A stretch of DNA of 64,000 nt, from contig JAYWIR010000016.1 of the NCBI GenBank assembly GCA_036172245.1, positions 2,976,001 through 3,040,000 of the forward strand, written 5' to 3'. Each line of letters opens with the position of its first letter. Position 1 is the stretch's first letter. This DNA is from Raillietiella orientalis. Lineage: Eukaryota. A program made the translations under genes and the position numbers. Below, one piece after another: positions 37,901 to 49,900 of the stretch. The notes beneath the pieces were generated by a model, which did no database searches, was not told the DNA's origin, and saw only the letters and a list, made by a program, of their open reading frames with translations.

Positions 37901-40900
37901 AGGAGGAGGAGGAGGAGGAGGAGGAGGAGGAGGAGGAGGAGGAGGAGGTCGGGAGGATGTCGACACGGTTCCGGATGGATGCCGGCGTCTGGCCGTCATG
38001 TCCTCTGCCGAGTTCAGGCGTCACGGTCCGACGAGCTCTCCAGAAGCCTCTCGGCGGGCACGGAGCTCCGGCTTCTGGCTGTAGACGGTGTCATGGCAGG
38101 TCGCCAACTCCTGCAACGGAAGGGCGCGCGCCCGCCGAGTTCCCTCCTGGGTGCAGCCAGGACGTTCGCTCCCTCCCCCGCGCCTTTTCGCGTGGGAGTC
38201 GGGCCCCGTCAAGGTCAGGTCGAGGTGCCGGACTTTCGCGCCGTGGATCCCCCCTCCCCGTACGCCCACCGTTTGCCTTGCCGCCGAGGACCACGCGTCC
38301 GATCGCGCGCCTCTTCCTCTTTCCACTCCCCTCTCGCTTTCCTCCTGGAGGGCCCTGCCGCACATCCAAAGTCACTCGACCCGTCTTTCCCCACCCGAGC
38401 TCCGATCCCGCTCCCTCGCTCCCCAGTCGGAACTTGCGCGGAGACCTGCCGGCTTGCGTTCCTGGAGCCTCGCCCGCATTCGGCTGAGGGCCCGGCGGAC
38501 GGCGGCGTTGTCGGAGCGTCGCCGAGAGGAGAAACCGGCATCACGGAGGTGGATTTTTCCTCGGTCCGGATCGAGATGAGTGTTGCCCCACGGATTCGAT
38601 GCTGCGCTCTGCTTCCGTCGGAACCGTGCCCGCGCCGCTACCTCGGAGACGCTTCCGGTCAGATGGAGTCCCTCTCTGTGCGTCGTCGTCATCGTCGCGG
38701 GAGAGGGATCGCAAGGGAACGCGCCTCACGGATTTCCGTTACCATGTTCCTGATCCGCAACAATGAAAACGATTGTTGGATTTCGACAATGGGAGAGGTC
38801 CGAGTGACTTTGGATGGAAGCCGTTTCATCGGAAACATTGTTGCTCGCATTGTTCGAAGCAGAACGGCTTTCAACAATGAGAGCTGCACTGACGGGGGGC
38901 TTGCGCGACTGCCGCGCGCTGGATGTGGAAGCGCGGTGAGAAAGGCGGGCGGAAGGAAGGCGCCCTCGATCGCCGCTCGGCTGTGAAGAACTTCTCCGGG
39001 TGGGGTCCCTTGCCAGGGCTCTCTCCGGAGAAGAAATAAGGAGTGATCTCCTGGACGAGGTCCCTCCGGAAAGAATAGGGAAGAATTCCCTTCGGAGACA
39101 AGGAGAGCGGGGGTTCTCTTCGGGACTCCCTCCCAAGCGTAAGAGGAACGAATTTCTTCTTCCGGAGCTTTCCTGGATTCATAGGTCGGCCCTCCAGGAT
39201 CACCCCCTAAATCGAAGAGTAAAGGCGCACCCTCGAGTGGCACGTTGACTAGAAGGTTCGTGTTGACCCCAAGGCTAACGGCTCTCGAGTACGTCGCGAA
39301 CCAGGAAGACAGGAAACTCAGAAGAAAAAAAAAAAAAGCTGGAAGGAAAGCAGCAAAACGGAAGAACCTCAGGAAACCCAGAAAGATGGGAATTCTCTTC
39401 CCATCTTTCTGGGTAGCCACGACCTCCCCGTGGGGTCGCTACTGACCTCAAAAAAAAAAGGAAAATGAAAAAGGAAAGGTGCCGAGGGGATCACTTGTTT
39501 CCCCCTTCCAGCACTCCTTGGCGCCCGAGTATCGTCTCGAGGCAGCTGTGGGCGGGCGGGCCTCCGCCGGCCCTCTTCCCCATGTGTCGTCCGGCATGGC
39601 GCCGAGTGATTGAACGGAGGAGTAGGCAGGGGGTTGCCGGGAGATCAGGGGAAAAGTCTGGAGAGGGAGGGGGAACCACGAAACTCTCTGCAACCCGCCA
39701 CTATACCGCTTGCAGGTTCCGGAACGGGGAGCTGATCGTCAACTCGCAAAGGGTGCGCATCCAGCAAGAGAAAGAGGGCCGGTTCGTGATGAGCATCGAG
39801 AAGGTCCTTCTGGAGGACAGCGGCTGCTACTCCATCGTCGCCACCAACGTGGTCGGGCAGATGTCCGAGTTCTTCAAGCTCGCCGTCCACTCGCCGCCTT
39901 TCGTCGTCAGCGAGGACGGCTTCCGGGACGTGGATGTCAACTCGGGAGAGCAAGCGGTCCTGGAATTCGTCGCGGAAGGATTCCCGGCTCCCCAAGTGAC
40001 CTGGTGGGTTTCCTTTCTCCCAATGGCTGCTTCCTTTTTTTCGGGCTACCGAGTCTGTGCGTCCTCCCAAGGTCAGATGTTCCTCCTAAGCCTACTCCTA
40101 CTCCTCCATTTTTCCTCCTCCTCCCCTTTCCTCCCCATCCTTCTGACCTCCTTCCCTTTCTCTTTACGGCTTTTCCTCTTCACAGGATGAAGAACGGAGA
40201 GGTCCTGAAAGATGAACCGAGGGTGCAGATATTTGCCAGCGGGAACCGTCACGGCCTGCTGATACGCAACGCCGAGAGGAAAGATGCGGGCTCGTACGCA
40301 TGTCTTCTGGAGAACGAGCACGGTGTGCTCGAGAAGGAGGCTCACGTGGGCGTGCTCTGCCCCCCGGAAGTGCAGGAGACGCTGGGCACTGTGGAGGTGG
40401 TCGAAGGGGCAAAGGACGCTGAGATCGTCCTGCACGTTGCCGCCTATCCCGAACCGGACGTGAAATGGTGAGGTCACCTGAGCTGCTCCTCCCTCACGCG
40501 AAGCCTCCCTGACTCGATTGCGTAGGGTGGTGGGCGACCGGGAGGTCATCGGGGACGCGAACTTCGCGTGCGTCGATGAAGGCGACCTGCACAAACTGGT
40601 CATCAGGGAGGTCACGGAAGATCTTTGCGGGCCGGTCCGCTGCATCCTGACCAACGTCATGGGAGACGTTCAAGAGGCCGGAGAGATCGTCGTCAAGAGT
40701 GAGTGTCCTGGAGGGAAAGGAAAAAGCAGCGGAGCGAGGGATCTCCTCTTTCCTGTTCCAGAGAAGCCCAGGGTCAAGGAAGGACTGCGGCGCATGGAAG
40801 TCAGAGAAGGGGAGGACGTCAGCTTCCAAGTGAGATGCGGCGGCTTCCCGAAGCCGGAGTTCTCCTGGTAATTCCGAGTGGGGGGAAGGGAGGAAAGAAG

Positions 40901-43900
40901 GATGAGGGATGCACGTGTGCGCAGGTTCCGGGACGGACGCCTCATCTCCGAGGACGAGAGGACTCAGATGAAGACGATGACCTCCTCCTCCACTGCCGAA
41001 GGCCACCTCTACACCCTGCACATTGGCAAGGTCACCCACGAGGACGCCGGCACATACCGATTCGTGGGCAGGAACGAGCTGGGAGAGGACAGCACGGAGA
41101 CTCAGCTCACCATCCGATGTGAGCGCCCCTATCATGAAGGCCTTTCCATCCCCAGTGGTCTTCCCCATCACATCTTGGGAAAGCTCTTGGCACAGGAAAG
41201 GGGGGGGGGCAATCCGATCGCCTTGACTCGCCCCCCTCCCCTTCCCTTTTGCCGCTTTTCCCCCCTCCTCTTCCTTCCGCGTTCCCTGTTCCTCTTCGGG
41301 CTCCGGGAATAGTTCGACCTGCGTTCCAGGCAAACCCGTGATCCTGGACGACGACTTCGGGAAGTGTCAAACCTACGAGACCCAGGACGTGACCTTCACG
41401 CTGGTGCTGAGGAGTTACCCAGAGCCGCAGATGACAGTGTGAGTCACGCCACGCCACGCATTCCTCACTACCACGCTACCCATCACTTCCCTTTCCTTTC
41501 TTCCTCCCTCTTCCCTCCCCTCGCCTCAGTTCCTTCTGCTCCCCTCCCTCCTTCCCTACCCCTTCCTCCAGCCTTATCCCATCCGCGCTGCTCTCCTTCC
41601 TTGTCCCCCACCCCTTCATCTGCTGCTTTTTTACTCCGGGATTCCTCCCTTCCCTCAGGATCAAGCACGACGTGGAGCTGCAGTCCTCCGAGAGGGTGGA
41701 GTTCTCTCGGGAAACCTTCGATGGCGTCACCTTCTCCTACTTCATCCGCTTCCGGTCTCTTGAGGTCGTGGACAGCGGCAGCTATGTGGTCAGCTTCTCC
41801 AACGATCTGGGAGAGGACAGCATCCAGAGGGAGCTGTCGGTGGAAGGTGAGCGTCAGAGGAGTAGCGCGAGGTCAGGCGACGTTTTCGATGCCGCCCGAC
41901 CTTCCCGAATTCTCCTCATCTCTCCCCTCCCTTGCACCCCTATCCACCCCTTTCCAGATCTCCGCAGCCGCAACTGCCCGAAAATCCTCAGCAAAACAGA
42001 CCGCGTGAAAGTCGTGGAGGGAGAGACAGCCGTCCTGAAGGTCGTCGTGCAGGGCGAACCGGAGCCCCTGGTCACGTGGTATGAGCGCGCGACTGGCAAG
42101 CAAGTGCGGCTCGCGGGCCTCGGGCGGGGCCGGATCTAATCTTCCTCCCCTTCCTCACGTCCTTCCTCCCAAGGCGGCGGCGGCACGACGGGCGTGTTCT
42201 GGAGAGGGGCGACCTCGGAGGCAGGGTCAAGGTGGACCCACCACCAGCGTCCTGCCTGGAAGTGGAGCGCTCCGAGGAGAGCGACGCCGGCACCTATGTC
42301 TTCCGCGCCGAGAACACGTACGGAGAGCTGGAAGAGGAGGTGAGCGGGAGCGGAAGAGAGGGAGAGTATCGCTGAACGGGGCTGCGAGCAAGCCGACTCG
42401 TCCCTCCTCTCGATCCCGAGGGAGGAAAGGGGAGGGATAGGATGGGAAGGAGCAAAGAGATGCTTCTCCCCGTTCCCTCCGCTCGCTTTTGAGGCCGTCA
42501 CACGGCCCCTCTGCGAGAGATGAAGGGAGGGGGGAAGCACAGGACCGTCCCTATCCCTCCTTCCTTTTCCTCCAGGTCGAGCTGGAGGTGTGCTTCGGAC
42601 CGGAGATTCGAAACTTCCGGGACACGAAGGTCCGACCGGCGGAGGACGCTGTCTTCAGCTGCCGCGTCCGATCACACCCCGAGGCTGAAGTCTCGTGGTG
42701 GGTGCTGCTGCTCCCCCTGTCCAGGGTCACTCGAGGTTCTCGCGATCCTTCCCTTCGTCCAGGTGGAAAGATGGCAGGGACGTCTCCTCTGACACGGCCA
42801 AGTACGAGGCGCATCCCGGCGGAGACTGCGACAGCGACGGAGCACTCTTCCTGCTGCGCGTGAAGGGATGCGTCCCCGAGGACTCTGGAGTAGTAACGGT
42901 GAAGGTTTGCAGCGACCTCGGGGCGTCTGAGGACACCCGGCGCCTCATCGTGGAAAGTGGGTATCTCTTGGTGTCTGGGAGGGCATGGCGGGAAGAGAGA
43001 TCGGGAGGGTGCCACCGATCGCATCCTTGCAGCGCGGGAACCCGTCTTCTTGGCGCCTCTGGAAGACGCTGCCGTGGACCACAGGGAACCGTTCGAGCTG
43101 CAGGTGCGGGTGGCTGGGATCCCAGAACCGGAAGTGCACTGGTAAGGAGTTGTGCCCGGAAGAGGCGGCAGCTCACCTCCCCCTTTCACTCCGCAATCAG
43201 GTTCAAGGACGGGTTCCCCGTGGACGCGGGCCGCCTGACAAGAGAGGATGACGGCGGCGCCTCTGGCGAACGCACGTACTGCTGCTCCATCCCGTGCTTC
43301 GATGAGGAGGATACCGGCAAGGTCACCACCCTCTTTTCCTCCTCTCTCTCTCCCTCCCTCTTTCTCGGAGGGGGAATCCAGAGTGCGTTGCGTAGGGAGG
43401 AGGGACCCAGGGGCAAGCGGACGCTCCTCCTCCGTAGGGGACGCTCCTCCTCCGCCCACTCTCCCGAGAGGAAGAGGACAGCGACGCGTCCCTTTTTTTC
43501 TCTTACAGTACATCGTCAAGGCTGCCAACTGCGTGGGCATCAGCGAGTGCTCGGCTTTCCTGTCCATGCGGAGGACGATGCCCGAGATCCAGGAACCCTT
43601 GGATGCACTCCTGAAGGCCGAGGAGGGATCCACCGTGAAAGCCAGAGCCAAGGTCAAGGGGTCACCTGTTCCTGAAGTCAAGTGGTCAGTAGGGCGAAAA
43701 GAGTCTGGTAGTTTCGCTCTTTCCCGGGCTCGTTCTTTGCCCTTCCCTCCCCTTTCTCCTCCCGCCTCCTCCTTCCTTGCTCCTCAGCGAGCCTCGTGAA
43801 ACCCCCGCGCGCTCTCCATCTCTCAGGGGAGGAAGAGACGCATGGAGTCTTCCCTCGTCCGAAGTGATCGCGTCAGAAACGGGGAGGGGAGCGATCCGGA

Positions 43901-46900
43901 TTCGTCGACGGGAATCCTCTGGTCGACGATGACCACGAGCAAGGTGGGAGAGTGAAGCACTTCCCTCCTGCCCATACCCCATGTCTGTCTCAGTTGGAAT
44001 GCGTTTTGTCCCACCTCGTGCATTCCTCATGTCTGAACTCTAGTGTAAGTCACTGACCGCCTCAGGTCAGAGAATTTTCTTGCCTCCGTCAGCATACCAC
44101 GCCGGTACTAATCAGCGTTGAATGAGAACAGCTTGCCCTGCGGCGATTACCCACCCCGAACTTCTTTTCAGTTTCTCGAGAGAATCTCCTGCCGTGATTT
44201 CTCGTTCCGTCCCCGTTCCTGACCCTCCAGAAGTCCCTCTACAGACCGTTCTGTCTGACCCTTGAAAGGATGGTCTGGACCCCCATCTCTTTGGGACAGG
44301 CCAACGAGGTTTTCGTCACTGCCAACAGGAACTTTCGTCTTTTTACAGCCTCCGACCACCTCCACATACCTATGCCTTTCTAGGACGGATGGGCCGATCA
44401 GATGGTCGTCAAGACTTCTCCCATTTCCTGGCAACGCGAAGGATTTCCCTGCCTCCTCCGGTGCCTAAGGAGACCTGCTTGTTCTTCCTCACGCGCGAGG
44501 CTTTCCTGTTCTCTCCTCCTCTTCCTTCCCTCCCCCCCCCCCATCTTGCGGCGACGGCGACGGTGGCTTCCTCCTTCCCACTGGTGCCCTCTCCCTCCAG
44601 GCTCCGCAACGGAGAGGAAATCGCCTGCGGCGAGAAGACGGAGATGCTCGTGGAGCCGGATGGAACGTGCCAGCTACTCCTCAGGGACGTGCATCCCGAG
44701 GATGCCGGCCTCATCACCCTGGTTGCCAGGAACGAGTGCGGCGAGGTTCTCACCAAGTCGCTGGTTGTTGTTGAAGGTGGGCGCTCCCTGCCGCCTGACT
44801 TCCGGGGTCAATCCCAGTCCTTCGGCCAGGGTCCCAGGCCCCCCCGGAGTTCCTCGCGTTGCCGGAAGATGCCGTCTTCGTGGAAGATCAGCCCTGCAAG
44901 TTGACAGCGAGGGTCATCGGCTCTCCCCTGCCCGTCGTCGAATGGTGAGCTCTCTTCCTCCCCTCTCCCGCCCTCATCCCTTCTGAGGGGCAGGCTGAAC
45001 GGGCGAGGCACGAATCCCACGTTTTAGGAAGAAGAACGGACGATCCCTCCCTTTGAGCCAGTCGAGGATCAAGTGGGGTACCGAGAAGGATGGCCTCGCG
45101 ATCTTGGAATTCCTCGAGGCGCTCCCGTCGGACGCCGGGAGGTACTCGCTGCTAGCCCGCAACGTTGCTGGGGAGGCCGTCGCCGAGTGCAACGTCATCG
45201 TCAAGCGTAAGCTTCCTGGGGAGAAAGGGATGGCCTCCAGAAGCGTATCCTCTCCCCCTTCCTTCCTTGCAGCTCCGTCCTTCTTCCCGAAGTTTACCAA
45301 GACCCCGGAGACCGTGAAGAGCGTGGAGGGCTACCCGGCGTTGATCCGCGCGCAGGCCGTGGGCCAACCCGCGCCGGAGATCGCATGGTGAGGGTCTGTC
45401 GCGCGCGAAAGGGGGTGGGGATGGGAGTGAAGACCGCCTCCCTATTTCACCCTTTTCGTTCCTTTCCGGCATCGCAGGCTCAAGGACGAGGCTCGCATCT
45501 CCGACGGCGAGCCGGCAAAGCACAGGATCCTCTACGAGCCGGGCAGGGCAGGGGAGACGTCACTGGTCATCCTGGACTGCGCGCCGGAGGACGCCGGGAA
45601 GTACGTGTGCGTGGCTTCCAACGAGAACGGCAGGGACGTCACCCAGGGAGAGCTTGTCGTCGTAGGCAAGTAGAGGGGCGAAAGGGGAGGGGGAGTTGAG
45701 GGATGGAAGCTAAGAGGTGGAGGAAGGGAAGAAAAAGGTCGGCGATAAATGAGTAGCAAGTCGAGGGGTGGGGATGGGGAGGGAGGGAGAGAGATGGAGG
45801 TGAAGCGATGGAGGAAGAGTTGCAGAGAGACCATTCACCTTCGACATCGTTCCTCCTTTCCCTTGGGACTGTGCGTAGGCGACCCCTCACTCCCCCATCT
45901 TCATCCCTCAGGAAAGCACGACCCGTCCGCGCCTCGCTGCGAGCCGCGGTTCGAGGATCCACCGAAGGACGCGTACGTGAACGAAGGAGAGGAGCTGGTC
46001 CTGACCGCTCGGGTCTCTGGAAATCCCCTTCCCGATGCGCAGTGGACCAGGAACGGTCACCCGCTCCTGCCGGGCAAGGACGCTCTGCCGATGGTTCTCT
46101 TCGACGGAGAGAAGGTGAGTCCCCCCCTCCTCCCTCCCTCCGTCCCCCTTGCAGAGCAACACCACCTGGATCCTCCCTTTCCCTCAAGATGAGCCTGGTT
46201 GTCGGCAAGGCCACCCTGGAGGACGAAGGGACCTACGAGTGCATGCTGACCAATGACCTCGGTCAGGCTAAGAGCAAGTGCGACGTCTCCGTCAACGCGT
46301 CCAGGAAGCGTCCGTGCTTCCTCGAAGGCCTCCAGGATGTCCGACAGGTAGGCCCTACATACTCGCTCCATGTCTCAAGGACGATTTCATCATTTCCTTG
46401 CCCCCTCTCCCTCTTTCTCCCACCCCCCCTCCACTAAACCCTCCTGGAACCTCCAACTTTTCCCCTTGCAGGTGGCCGGCTTGAGCGCCAGATTCACCGG
46501 GCGCATCGTGGGCGAGCCGACCCCAAGCCTCACCTGGTTCCACGGCGGCAGACAGATCTTCCCCGACTTCCACAAGTATGAGGTGAAGCGGTTCGATGAC
46601 TTAGCAACCCTGATCGTGTACAAATGCCGTCCCTCGGACGAGGGCGAGTACAGCTGCGTGGCGACCAACGCCCACGGGAAGGACCGCAGCGGCGCTCGAC
46701 TCTTTGTGGAGCACGCGGAGTGAGTGACGAGGGGACGTGGCTCATGTGGGGGGAGGGGGGAGCAGGGGAGTAGCCGCCTCCGTCCCTACGGATGGCGACG
46801 CTCTGGTTTCGCGCCCTCTCCAGGCACACCGCGAAGCCTCCCGAGTTCCTCAAGAGGACGCTGGACTGCGAGGTGTTGCCCGGAGAAACGGGAAAGTTCA

Positions 46901-49900
46901 CCGCCTGTGTCTTCGCCGATCCGGAGCCTGAGGTGTCTTGGTACCGCGACGGAACGCTCCTGCATCCCGGGACCAAGTACCAGATGGAGAGGAACGGCCA
47001 CTTGCACCGGCTGTTCGTGAACCACGTGGATGGGAGCGACTTCGGCACGTACCGCATGGTCATCTCCAACGCCCACGGCCAAGCGGAGTGCTCCTCCAGG
47101 CTCGTGGAGGAACTGGTGCCAGGTGAGAGGGAGGCTACGCGCCAGATGAATCCCTCAACCTCGCTCCTCCTACTCGTCTCACCTTTCCTACGCGGAAGAT
47201 GAACAGGGGAAGGGGAGACCGGGCGTTCCCGCTTTCAGGAACCTCGAGCAGGAACCTGGCCGACGCGCTACCCTCGTTTCCGGGCAGGATGGGAGCGGGA
47301 AGTCCCCCGGATCCCCTGCCCCACCCGCCGTTCATCCGAAGGATGACGGACGACCACCTGATCGTCTCCTGGAGCCCGTACATCCCACCCGTTCACCTGG
47401 ACGCCCCCGTGACCTACTGCCTGGAGATGCAGGAGCTTCCTGACGGGGACTGGTTCGCCTTCAAGAAAGGTTCGGGTTCTTTCCCTCCACCTTTAACACC
47501 CTCCTCCTCCCACATCACCTTCTTCCAGGAATCAGGGGCCTGGACTACGAGATTCACAATCTCACGCCACAGAGGAACTACCGGTTCCGGGTGCGGGTGG
47601 AGAACCGGTTCGGGATCAGCGACCCGTCCCCCCACGTCACCACGTGCCGGGACAGGCTGCTTCCCGACCTGCCGAGGAGCCCCCCGGAGGAAAGGCCGAC
47701 GGGTCCGCCCTTCCGCCTTCCCCCCGGAGTCTCGTATGCCGACGCCCTGGACCAGCCGACTCACGAAAAGTACCGCCACCCTCCCGAGTACGTGAGTGGC
47801 GCCTTACCGCTCCCCCTCCTCCCACCCCCGTTTTCGTTTTCCCGTCCACTCTCCCCTTTTTCTCTCTACTCCCTCTCCGGAAAGGTTCCTGTCGCAGAGG
47901 GACGGGGTCCAGTTCGCGGTGGAAGGCCTTCCCTGCACCCTGCGGTGGTTCGTCTACGGCTGCCCTGTCCCGGAGGTGACCTGGTCCTTCGGCGAGGGTG
48001 ACCTGAAGAGCTCCTTATCTTCCTCCGCGGTGACCACCAGCTACAGCGGCAGCACGGGTCAGGCCACAGTGTATATCGACAGGTGAGGGTGCCACCTGGT
48101 CGAGGAAGGGGCGGGGAACAGGAGGGGAGCGGAAAAACAGGGGAGGGGTAGAGAAGGTGGCAGAGGAGGAAGGGAACGCCTGCTTTCTCTAACGTGCTCC
48201 TCCCCTTTCCACTTTTTCTTGCTCCACCCAAGGATGAGCCGTGAGCGCGCCGGTGGCTACCGGGCTGAGGCTGCCAACGAGCTCGGCCGGGCCTCCCAGA
48301 CCATCGACCTCCTCCTCTCCCAGCATCCACGGGTCCATGAGCGTCTCGTGGAGAAGACCGCGATGGAGCACCAGAGTGTCCGCTTCAAGTGTCGAGTGTC
48401 TGGCCTGCCGGACCCAAACGTGCAGTGGTACAGGGACTGGCAGCCCCTGGTGACGGACTCCGGGAGGGTGCAGGTACGACCGCCCCCGAGGTTGAGCGCC
48501 GCCGCTGCCGCCACCACCATTATGCTCTCTTCCTCTCCCCAGACGTTCTCCGACGGGTCAACGCACACGCTGGTGATCAGCGACGTGTCGAGGAGGGACA
48601 CTGGCCTGTACTCGTGCTCCGCACGGAACGCCGCCGGCTACGTGTCCACCTCCGCCATGCTCTTCGTCGAGGAGGAGCAGGGTGCGTGGGACTTCGCCAA
48701 CTACGTTAGGCGCTCGCCCGTGAAGCTGCGACCCGGCCTGCTCGAGGATGAGTACCTGCTGGGCGAGGAGCTGGGTCGCGGGACGCAGTCCATCGTGAGC
48801 CACGCCGTCGACCGCAGGAGCGGTGAGGGGGTGGGAAAATGCCTGAGAGGGGCTGCGGGGGGAAATGGAAACCGGGAGCTTCTCTCTCCCTTCCCCCTCG
48901 CCAGGTCGCCCCTACGCGTGCAAAGCCATGACCGCCGGGTCGGCCGACTTCTTCCGGTTCATGAGGGACGAGTTCGAGGTCATGAGCCGCCTGTCCTCTC
49001 CCTACCTGACCAGGCTTGTCGACGCTCGCGGCAGCGGCGACCACTCGATGTACTTGATCGTCGAGCTGTATCCTTTCCTGTGCTCCCGCCTGTCTCCCGC
49101 CTCTTTTCCTTGCGACGAGGGCCATCAGGTGCGAAGGAGGCAACCTGCTGGAAACCCTGACCCGCAGGTCACATGTGACCGAGAACGAGATCGCCTTCTA
49201 CGTAAAGCAGGTGCTCCTGGGGCTGGAGTACCTGCACGGCAGCGGTTACGCCCACCTAGGACTTAACGTGAGTCTTCCCTTGCCCTCTCCGCCCCCCTCA
49301 TTCCTTGAAACGGAGACTCCATCTTCGCCTTTTCAGCCAGGGGATATCCTCTTCTCGAGGTCGAACGGCCTGGAGCTCAAGCTGTCCGACTTCGGACTAT
49401 CGCGCCTCATCGACTCTGCCGACCTCAGGCGTCTGGACTACGGTAGGACCGGGGGGGGGGAGACGCGCGCATCGATGACCTTCCACGGCAAGGCTTCCCC
49501 GAGTTCGTGGCCCCGGAGACCGTGAACGGGGGGGGCGTCGGTTTCGCTGCCGACATGTGGGCAGTGGGCGTCCTATCCTACCTGCTTCTCTGCGGGACGT
49601 CCCCGTTCCGGGGAAGCAACGACAGGGAGACGCTGACCAACGTCCAAACGCGGAGATTCGCCAGGCGCGTCGAGGAGCTGACAGATCTGGGAGTGGAGGC
49701 GAGAGACTTCCTGGAGAGGCTGCTGCGCCACGATGCCTCCGAGAGGATGGACGTGCACGAGGCCCTCCTCCATCCGTGGCTGCGAAGGGCGGAAGAGGAC
49801 TTCTCGGGAAGCCGACTGATCTCCACGGACGCATACAGGACCTACTATTGTCTCTTCAGGTGCGCCTTTCTCGTCCACCCCACCCACCCCTTACTTTCGA

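Larger units (their letters stand above)
36810..39715 (+). other. GC-AG intron (2.9 kb) in obscurin
   Basis: AAATG|GCAAGT donor and TTGCAG|GTTCC acceptor restore the Ig motif PELKW-FRNG. Confidence 0.85.

Noticed and set aside
43950..44420. Lower-GC intronic segment with hairpin CTGACC-GCCTCA-GGTCAG, considered as RNase P/MRP, U4 or snoRNA
   Set aside because: Conserved boxes could not be assembled in order; the U4-like match near 44130 is short and gapped.
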